From Oligoflexales bacterium (GTDB lineage Bacteria > Bdellovibrionota_B > Oligoflexia > Oligoflexales > Bog-1112), in the NCBI GenBank assembly GCA_045106415.1, contig JBGCEP010000031.1, positions 1 through 44,496 on the forward strand: a stretch of 44,496 bases of DNA, read 5' to 3'. Position 1 is the first letter of the stretch. Each line of letters starts with the position of its first letter. Shown here piece after piece: positions 18,727 to 25,914 of the stretch. The notes beneath the pieces are model-generated. The model saw nothing but the letters and a program-made list of their open reading frames with translations, was not told the origin of the DNA and did no database searches. The position numbers and the translations under genes are program-made.

Positions 18727-19194
18727 ATGGTGGACTGTAAAGTAATTCCTTTTCCGAAAAAGTCGGCAAATCTTAATCGCAGTCTTGACGATAGCGCAAA
18801 AGCCTCCTCACATGATGACCCGTTAATGGATGATCTTTGGGATGATTGGATTCGCCAGCACGGGGATGAGCCTTTTGACCTTGACTATGATGGTGATCCA
18901 CAACCCATGACCGAGCAGGAGCAAGTTCTTTTTCTAAAAGACCTGAGAAAATGGAAGCACTTTCAAAGTCTAGAAACAGATACTTCATACAGTGATCTTC
19001 TTGATAGCTATGATGATAACCAAATGAGTCTTGAGCAAGAAGCAACTTTTGAGTATTTACGGCACATGTATCAACGAGTCATGGAATTTGACTTGTTCAA
19101 TGCCCTGACTGTTCTTAAAGGGGATGATCTTCAAGTTTTGTTGAAGGATGTTCAACAGCGCCCTTTTCGTAGTGCACCCCTTTCTCCTCAGTGA
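18727..19194 (+). CDS. Hypothetical acidic protein
   Basis: Open frame with GGGG RBS; N-terminal KVIPFPKK; no recognisable family. Confidence 0.6.
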   Translation: MVDCKVIPFPKKSANLNRSLDDSAKASSHDDPLMDDLWDDWIRQHGDEPFDLDYDGDPQPMTEQEQVLFLKDLRKWKHFQSLETDTSYSDLLDSYDDNQMSLEQEATFEYLRHMYQRVMEFDLFNALTVLKGDDLQVLLKDVQQRPFRSAPLSPQ

Positions 19195-19204
19195 GCTTAA
19201 GCCT

Positions 19205-19246
19205 AGGAAGTTTTATGGCTATGCTAGAATAGTCATAAAACTTCCT
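19205..19246 (+). promoter_or_regulatory. 18-bp hairpin with an extended -10-like TGCTAGAAT at its apex
   Basis: AGGAAGTTTTATGGCTAT-GCTAGA-ATAGTCATAAAACTTCCT (17/18 matched, one G.U). Confidence 0.5.
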
Positions 19247-19253
19247 CTAAAAG

Positions 19254-19751
19254 GTGGACTCTGTGGAGCATCATGAAATTGCCCAATATTTAAGCAAAAA
19301 CTCGGCGTTTGCTGGAATTTCTAAAAGTCAGCAGGATGCTCTTGCTGATATTGCTGTCGCCAGCCAGACCAAAGAGAGTGGTTTTTTAGTTTTAGAAAAA
19401 GAAAAATCTATCCATTTATTTTTAATTGTGGAAGGTTCAGCATCAGTTGAAATCGCACTTCCTGGAAGTAGTGCTATGGAGTCTGTGGCTAAGTTAAAGG
19501 CTGGAGATATTTTCGGCGAGTTCGGCTTGTTAGGTGTCGATCGTCGCTCAGCCTCCGTGAGAGCGCTTAGTGATGTCACATGCTTACAGATTCCTCATGA
19601 AGCGATTCTAGACCTTTGTCAAAAGGATTGTGAGTTGGGTTATCGTCTGATGACAAACCTTGCTCGTACGCTGGCTGATAGGCTTATTACAACGACGAGA
19701 GATTTTGGAAACGCCATGTATCAAATGGTTTTCACTGGAAAAAACGATTGA
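19254..19751 (+). CDS. Stand-alone cyclic nucleotide-binding domain protein
   Basis: LFLIVEG, GDIFGEFGLL...RSASVRA phosphate-binding cassette; no HTH. Confidence 0.9.
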   Translation: MDSVEHHEIAQYLSKNSAFAGISKSQQDALADIAVASQTKESGFLVLEKEKSIHLFLIVEGSASVEIALPGSSAMESVAKLKAGDIFGEFGLLGVDRRSASVRALSDVTCLQIPHEAILDLCQKDCELGYRLMTNLARTLADRLITTTRDFGNAMYQMVFTGKND

Positions 19752-19856
19752 GGCTTTTGTCTAAAAAATCAACATATATGACTGAATATAAGACACTCTT
19801 TGGCTGATGACGAAAAAGAACCATTGCTTTTCTAAAGAGTTAATTGTCTAGAAAGG

Positions 19857-19873
19857 TTGGCACATATCATGCA
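19857..19873 (+). promoter_or_regulatory. sigma54 (-24/-12) promoter
   Basis: TTGGCACATATCATGCA gives GG-N10-GC with TGGCAC, about 40 nt before GTG 19911. Confidence 0.7.
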
Positions 19874-19910
19874 TGGAATAGGTGATAAGCACAGATATGA
19901 AGGTGGTGCA

Positions 19911-21326
19911 GTGTCTCAAAATCGAAAGCAATTTTTCGGCGAGGTTGGGTATAAGGACGCGGAAAAAGGTGGCGCTCTTTTAGGTTCACTTTTTTTTGTT
20001 ATGATCAGCGGTATTACGATGTTAGGCTTGAGCCAATTTCAAAGTTCAGACCTTAAAAGGGGACAACAGTTCCGGGATCAAAGGATGCTGGATCAGTTGG
20101 GTTCTCAGATGGAACGTTCGATTCAGTCTGCAGCTGTTCTTCGCCTTGCGAGCTACAGTGGGAAAAACCCACCAGCACCAAATGTTCCTTTTACACATGT
20201 CAGCTCTGGTAACAGAGCCTTATACCGTTGTTGGAGGCATGATACCGATACGCTGGATACAGCAGAGCTGCAGGTTGATTGCAGACATATGGAGATCCAT
20301 AGCTTTGTCGTTCCTAGGGTTTCAGGTGAACAAAGGCTTGCATTAGCTGGTGTTGAGAGTGATGGCCCAACTGTTTACTATACTGGGCGTGGCGATCGCT
20401 GTCTTGAAAATCCAGGACTGAGTCTGGATGGGTTAAAATGTGGTGATAGAAAAGGGACTTCACCATTATATCAAGCTGTCGCTGAATTTAGAGCTCGTTG
20501 CCCTGAAGATCAAGCAGAGTGTGCGATTGCGGAGTTTATTGATGTTCGTTTTCTTCTTTATAATGAAAATGGCCGGAGAGTATACCCACGAGGTCGGCAA
20601 AATGATGATGATGTGACCCCTTGGGAAACAATTTCTACAAGCACGCTTAGAGGTCAACAGTGTAATGAAGGAGCTCTAGCTCGTTCAACAAAAAATAGCC
20701 ACCTTAAGTGCGAGTGTGTGTTTCCTTGGCAACCGACAGGACGAGAAAATATCAACGGTGAAGTCTGTTTTCGAGTGAATATTCAAACCCACCATGAGTG
20801 CCAGCCAGAAGAGTCAGTTCGAGGATTTGATCCCAAGGCTGATAACTATTTTGGAAAAGAACGCTCTCGCCTTCAGTGTTTAAAACCAGCGAGTAGCCGG
20901 ACAAGAACTCAAAGCTTTAAGGGAAATAAGCGTGGTGATGGCGGTAGCGTGCAAGGCTTTAGCAATGGTGATTGTGATACAGGATGGGTGCAGTCAGCGG
21001 TCCCTGTTTGTACGGCAAGGTGTGATGTTAAGAAAAAACGTGGCGACGAGCCTGATTGGTATGAATCGGCAGTAACAGCTGGTTTAACAGGGCTTGTTAC
21101 TGTGTTTGTATTAGGAGGTGGTTTCCTGCCAGCTTTATTAGCAGGAGGGGCTTTGTCTGTTCTATCTGCAGTTTTTGAGCCTATTGAAGACGTTGTCAAT
21201 AGCGTTATTTGCGCTATTGGAGGGCTGTTTGGCAGTGGTTGTCAGTCTTATCTGAGTCCTTGTGTCCCTAAGGTGGAGTGTCAACTTGAAGTCACTTGCC
21301 AGGATTTCAATTACGACCAATTTTGA
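19911..21326 (+). CDS. Large GspK/PilX-like minor (pseudo)pilin, Cys-rich, with C-terminal hydrophobic Gly-rich segment
   Basis: Charged leader then EKG|GALLGSLFFVMISGITMLGL (class III-like signal lacking Glu5); 20 Cys; AVTAGLTGLVTVFVLGGGFLPALLAGGALSVLSAVF. Start GTG 19911 after AAGGTGG. Confidence 0.6.
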   Translation: MSQNRKQFFGEVGYKDAEKGGALLGSLFFVMISGITMLGLSQFQSSDLKRGQQFRDQRMLDQLGSQMERSIQSAAVLRLASYSGKNPPAPNVPFTHVSSGNRALYRCWRHDTDTLDTAELQVDCRHMEIHSFVVPRVSGEQRLALAGVESDGPTVYYTGRGDRCLENPGLSLDGLKCGDRKGTSPLYQAVAEFRARCPEDQAECAIAEFIDVRFLLYNENGRRVYPRGRQNDDDVTPWETISTSTLRGQQCNEGALARSTKNSHLKCECVFPWQPTGRENINGEVCFRVNIQTHHECQPEESVRGFDPKADNYFGKERSRLQCLKPASSRTRTQSFKGNKRGDGGSVQGFSNGDCDTGWVQSAVPVCTARCDVKKKRGDEPDWYESAVTAGLTGLVTVFVLGGGFLPALLAGGALSVLSAVFEPIEDVVNSVICAIGGLFGSGCQSYLSPCVPKVECQLEVTCQDFNYDQF

Positions 21327-21975
21327 GGAATTTTTTTCGGCAAATTTTCTTATAATATTTTTTAGAAATTTTTCGAGAGAAGCGTTTGAAATCGCGATAC
21401 CCTACCTGGAGAGTGGAATGTAAGCCATAGCCACTAGCGTAAAGCGGTAGGATAGCAAAATAGAAAAAGCTATTCACGATAAGATCTTTTTTCCAGTATT
21501 TCTGTGATAGATACCACGCAGTGGCTGAGCCTCGAATCATGAGAATATTCCGGACCCAATTTGCGTGATCAACCCGTCGATTGGTGATGTGGTGAGCATT
21601 ACAAAAATCTTCGACAAGAGTCCAGCAATCAAAGACTCCGAGTGTATATTTATGTTTTTTAGCCCATGTTTCACACCAAGCAATATAATCTTCTAATGTT
21701 TTTTTTCCAGTTGCGAAAAGCTCTCTTCTTAGAACTCTTCGTCCGTAGTAACCCTTTTTAACAGTGAGCAGTCCTTTTTGTGTGAAGTGGCATTCAATGA
21801 AATGTTCTCCTTCTTGGAACCCTAAACCTTGGTGTTTAAGAAGGCCGAAAGTCCAAGAAGTCGTTGGCATTGTTGCTTCTATGAAGAAAATTTTAGTTTT
21901 TGAAAGTGCGCTGGAAGAAAGCATAAATATCATGCAAAAATATATGGCATGAATATGTAGGTGAGTGTTGGCCAT
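21307..21975 (-). CDS. Exported putative permuted papain-like (PPPDE/LRAT-like) enzyme with C-terminal hydrophobic helices
   Basis: Signal peptide; EHFIECHF (His) followed by YTLGVFDCWTLV, similar to YxLxxxNCxxF. Confidence 0.45.
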   Translation of the reverse strand: MANTHLHIHAIYFCMIFMLSSSALSKTKIFFIEATMPTTSWTFGLLKHQGLGFQEGEHFIECHFTQKGLLTVKKGYYGRRVLRRELFATGKKTLEDYIAWCETWAKKHKYTLGVFDCWTLVEDFCNAHHITNRRVDHANWVRNILMIRGSATAWYLSQKYWKKDLIVNSFFYFAILPLYASGYGLHSTLQVGYRDFKRFSRKISKKYYKKICRKKFLKIGRN

Positions 21976-22089
21976 GTGAGCTCCCTGGTTTATATGGAAT
22001 ATAAGATCATAGTGAGACCGAAAAAACCAGAAAATCTCTTTTTGTTTTAGTAAATTATTTAGGTCGTGGTGATAAAAATAACTTTTGAG

Positions 22090-23319
22090 TTATCGTTTGT
22101 TTTTTGGTCTTTGTGGAGGAGTTTGTTTTAAGTGTGATTGGTCTTGATTCAGTTCTCTTTTAAGAGATTCATGATTATCACGTTGAGAGTTTAGTCGGGC
22201 ATCTTCTTTTTTCATGATTAAGTTTTCCATGATGTGATGTTCATTGAGTTTTGAAATAGATTCTGCGAATTCCACCATCTTTACAAATGTTTTTAAAGTG
22301 TATTCTGGTGTGTTTTTCCCTGTCCCGAGTATCTTTTTTTGAGCATGAATCATATTATGTTCATCAATCGTTGTGCTGTAAATGACTTTGTTGACAAATT
22401 TTTTCGTGTTTTCATTGAGTGCTTCTTTCTCTGTTTTTGTAAATTCAGCTAATTTTGAATCAATAACAACCCACTTTCTTGTTGTGTAATCATACATAAT
22501 GTTTGCAGGGTTTAAATCATCAAAGATTTGTTTCGAATCAGAGATGTCGAGTATAAGTTGACGCAGTGTTTCTTGTAAATTTTCTGAATGATTTTTTGTT
22601 TTTCCGGTGACATCAGAAAAAAATGTTCCTTGTTCAATGAGTTCTTTTAAAGTTCTTCCTTGTACAATCGTTTTCATATCGATATCGTCACGTCCCTCAA
22701 AAGTTTCTATTTGAATAGGGTTTCCGAATTTCTTCCATTGTTTTACAAGGGTTTTCTCTTCTTCAACTTCAGATTGACCTTGGAACCACTGTGAAACTTT
22801 TGTTAATACTTCATTATGCCGGTATAGGTATTTCATTGCCCATGGTTCTACACGGCCGTCGTCTAGAATTTTATTGACTTGAAAGACAATTCCATGACTA
22901 CCTTTTTTACCAAGCACGACTGGAGATCCATCTTCGTTGTAAATGGGTTCAAATGCTTCTGGGACTTTGATGACATAGTTCTCAAAATAAATTGTATTTT
23001 TAACATTACTTTTTTCTGATTCTTCTATTGTAGCTTGGTGTGATGTGTCGAAAGGTTTTTCATCTTGATCTTCTTTTGCTTTTAAAGATAAGGGGGAGTT
23101 TGCCTCTCGAGTGATTTTAATAATATTTGTGACCTGGCCTTCATCGTTTTCAATGGCAATAAGATCGATAGCATGGCCTGCGTCGAGTAAGAAATTAACA
23201 ACCTCTTTTTGAGGTTGAATATGTTCTGAGTTCTGTTCATTGCTTGGAGAAAGATTTTCGTTTTTTTCACCGCATGAAAAACAAAGAATAAAAAAGAGAG
23301 ATTTCAATATCAGCTTCAT
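22090..23319 (-). CDS. Lipoprotein with protein-kinase-like domain
   Basis: MKLILKSLFFILCFSC leader; LGKKGSHGIVF Gly loop, WAMKY, DDLNPANI catalytic loop, VIDS. Confidence 0.8.
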   Translation of the reverse strand: MKLILKSLFFILCFSCGEKNENLSPSNEQNSEHIQPQKEVVNFLLDAGHAIDLIAIENDEGQVTNIIKITREANSPLSLKAKEDQDEKPFDTSHQATIEESEKSNVKNTIYFENYVIKVPEAFEPIYNEDGSPVVLGKKGSHGIVFQVNKILDDGRVEPWAMKYLYRHNEVLTKVSQWFQGQSEVEEEKTLVKQWKKFGNPIQIETFEGRDDIDMKTIVQGRTLKELIEQGTFFSDVTGKTKNHSENLQETLRQLILDISDSKQIFDDLNPANIMYDYTTRKWVVIDSKLAEFTKTEKEALNENTKKFVNKVIYSTTIDEHNMIHAQKKILGTGKNTPEYTLKTFVKMVEFAESISKLNEHHIMENLIMKKEDARLNSQRDNHESLKRELNQDQSHLKQTPPQRPKNKR

Positions 23320-23351
23320 CAGGAACCACCGTTGTAACAAGAGTTAAGTTC

Positions 23352-23378
23352 TTATCGGAATTTGATTTAAAAACTTGA
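23352..23378 (-). promoter_or_regulatory. sigma28(FliA)-like promoter of the kinase
   Basis: Minus strand TCAAGTTT-N11-TCCGATAA. Confidence 0.65.
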
Positions 23379-23561
23379 GCTATGCTTATTTCACTCTGTT
23401 AATCTTAGAGGTTACTTAAGCTATTAAGTAAGTCTCTTATGATATCCCATGAGTTTTTTAAGCAGCCAGAATATGTCATATCATCTATGCTGATGGTTGT
23501 AAAAAACGCAATAAATTAATTGCATAAGAATCTAATATTATTGGTTGTAATTCTAATTTAT

Positions 23562-23588
23562 TAAGAACGTTAAGAAATATTCCGATAA
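23562..23588 (+). promoter_or_regulatory. sigma28(FliA)-like promoter of the lipoprotein operon
   Basis: TAAG-N15-TCCGATAA, 30 nt upstream of ATG 23618. Confidence 0.6.
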
Positions 23589-23617
23589 GTATCTTTGGAA
23601 CAGTTCTTGGGAGTCTT

Positions 23618-24541
23618 ATGGTAGGGCATAAAAGCATAATAATCATGCTCTGTGTGTGTTTTGTATTTCCAGGCTGTTTTCAAGAAAATACATCGCCTGA
23701 TTCAAATTCCAGGGAACGCCCGAGCTCTCAAAATTCAGTGGATGCTCTAAATCATCAAAACGTAGGGCAGGGCCCCGATTCAACCGTGATATCCTCTGAT
23801 CAAAGGATCCCTATTTCAACGCTTCAATATGATGCCGACACATCTTTTTTCGGGCCATCATCAGCTTTGAGTGAAGCTGAACGCTTAGAGCTTGAAGCTT
23901 ATGTTCTTCAACAACAAAAATTAGCAGATTTAGAAAATTATTATCGCTTTGAAGAAAGTCGTAACCTTCAGCTTGTAGCCGAGCTTCGGACAGGGCAACT
24001 CTCTGGTTGCCATCTCAGAGATAAAGTTCAAGAGATTGAAATTGTTTTAACAGGGTCAAAAGAAGAAGCTCAGTTTTTAAGTCGAACATCAGACCCTGAT
24101 TTTTACACAGGCTTTGATACCTCCTTGTCTTGGAAGCTTCAGTTTTCAGAAGCATATGGCTTTGAGGGCGAGAGAGTCCAATCACTGTTTGGCGATGGAA
24201 AAGGTCGTATCGTTCAGAGCCCTGAGGGTCTTGAGGTTAGAATGTTGCAGTATGTGTTGGTGGAAAGATCTGGTTTTAAGTATGAGAAATATGAAAAACT
24301 TGAGCGAGATTGGATCCTTTTTAATAAAAAATTCTATGAGTATTATGAGAGTGATCGAGTTCGTTTGGAAGGAGTTAAAGTTGTTGTAACAAACCAAGTC
24401 GGTCAAAAATATACTATTTATAACAACACTTCTATTGGAGTCACCTTAGGATCAAATTTGGAAATCTGGTCAGAGGATCTTAGAGGGTCTGCTGAATGGG
24501 GAGCTCTTATGGCTCGTACAGATTGTGAGGATACGCAATGA
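23618..24541 (+). CDS. Hypothetical lipoprotein, beta-rich (possibly PLAT-like) C-terminal domain
   Basis: FPGC lipobox-like; low-complexity linker; IEIVLTG...LFGDGKG...LQYVLVER...RLEGVKVVV; stop overlaps the next start (ATGA). Confidence 0.7.
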   Translation: MVGHKSIIIMLCVCFVFPGCFQENTSPDSNSRERPSSQNSVDALNHQNVGQGPDSTVISSDQRIPISTLQYDADTSFFGPSSALSEAERLELEAYVLQQQKLADLENYYRFEESRNLQLVAELRTGQLSGCHLRDKVQEIEIVLTGSKEEAQFLSRTSDPDFYTGFDTSLSWKLQFSEAYGFEGERVQSLFGDGKGRIVQSPEGLEVRMLQYVLVERSGFKYEKYEKLERDWILFNKKFYEYYESDRVRLEGVKVVVTNQVGQKYTIYNNTSIGVTLGSNLEIWSEDLRGSAEWGALMARTDCEDTQ

Positions 24542-25914
24542 TTCAATGCTTTTTGATCATCGTTTTTCTCATGTTTTCTTGTCAGCAAAAACCTGTCAGC
24601 ACTGAAAAAGAGAATTCATGTCAAGTCACCGGGTGTGAGGATACAGTATCCCCAATAAACGCAGATGCTGTGATTGATAATGATATTGAAGAAGAAGAGG
24701 GCGCTCTTATAGAAGGTCTTCAAAGTACTTACGAAAAAAAGTGGACTTTGGCTGAGATGGACAATGAGTTGATCGTGACGGATCCTATTGTGGGGATGCT
24801 GGATTTGATTGGTTCAAGAGTTCCAGTCCTTTCTGTAGAGAGTACGAATGGGACCAGTTATCTTCAGGTGGTTCGGTGTCTTTCTTCTGCTAAAATACAA
24901 GATTTTTCTACAGGAAATTTACTAAGAGATATCGCAGATGCTCCGCGAAAAGACCAGAGGTTAAAGGCTTACCTAGAATTTGATTATTTTTCTCTTGCAG
25001 AACAACACCCGGATTGCTTCTTGTTGAGCTTTGAACACATGTCTGATGTTTTCCCAGATTTTGCGGCTCCTTCGGGTCAATATGTTTATTTGATACGTTC
25101 TTGTCTTGAAAGTTCTTTAATTGATAGAAAATCAGGAGAACCCTCTAGAAATTGTTCGCGATATGTTGCTCGATCTTCTTCTTATGAATACGTCAATGAG
25201 CGTCAAGATAGAGAGCAAGAAGCTCTTATGGATGCTCAGCAAAAAAGACTGGCCCTGAGAGGCCACTCAATTAGAATAGATGGGGTGGCCACAAGAATGC
25301 AGAGTGCTTTAGAGGTTTGTCAGAAACAGCAAGTTGAGCAATTAGAAGCAGTAAAAAAGAAACAAGCGATAGCTAAACTTATCGGAACAACAATTAACAC
25401 GGCGGCGAATGCTTTTGTAATAACAAAAGGTTTAGGGAGTGTTGCGTCGACAGGTGGCAAGAAAATTATTTCAGCAGGTTCAAAACTAGGAAAAGCAAAA
25501 GCAATAGGGAGTGCCGGAGGGAGCCTTCTGGGGGTTGGAATGCTTGTCGGAGGTTTGTTTGACGGCCCGTTGCCACAAGCTTTTGTCAATATTACCGCGC
25601 ATGCAACAGATATTCCAAGAACTTGTTATGACTGGGAACAGAGTCAACAGGATATGAGAAGAGCTGTTGCTCAATACGCCAATGCTATGGAGCAATGGCT
25701 TTGGAGTGAAAAAAAATGGCTTGATATGAGCCGAGCAAGGTATTTAGAGGAAGGGTTTGAGCCGGAAAGTTTACCAGATTGGAATAAAATTATTGAAGAA
25801 TATTTAAGATGGCAGGCCTCACTCACTCCTGTTGAGTCTGAGCAAGCATCAGAGCCTGTAGATGGAGAAGAAGAGAAAAAACAATCCATAGATAGTGAAG
25901 GTGAAGAGTTATGA
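24538..25914 (+). CDS. Hypothetical lipoprotein: Cys-rich domain, coiled coil, Gly-rich hydrophobic hairpin, acidic tail
   Basis: MFSC lipobox-like; YLQVVRC, DFAAPSGQYVYLIRSC, ALEVC, AGGSLLGVGMLVGGLF; ATGA overlaps at both ends. Confidence 0.75.
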   Translation: MIQCFLIIVFLMFSCQQKPVSTEKENSCQVTGCEDTVSPINADAVIDNDIEEEEGALIEGLQSTYEKKWTLAEMDNELIVTDPIVGMLDLIGSRVPVLSVESTNGTSYLQVVRCLSSAKIQDFSTGNLLRDIADAPRKDQRLKAYLEFDYFSLAEQHPDCFLLSFEHMSDVFPDFAAPSGQYVYLIRSCLESSLIDRKSGEPSRNCSRYVARSSSYEYVNERQDREQEALMDAQQKRLALRGHSIRIDGVATRMQSALEVCQKQQVEQLEAVKKKQAIAKLIGTTINTAANAFVITKGLGSVASTGGKKIISAGSKLGKAKAIGSAGGSLLGVGMLVGGLFDGPLPQAFVNITAHATDIPRTCYDWEQSQQDMRRAVAQYANAMEQWLWSEKKWLDMSRARYLEEGFEPESLPDWNKIIEEYLRWQASLTPVESEQASEPVDGEEEKKQSIDSEGEEL

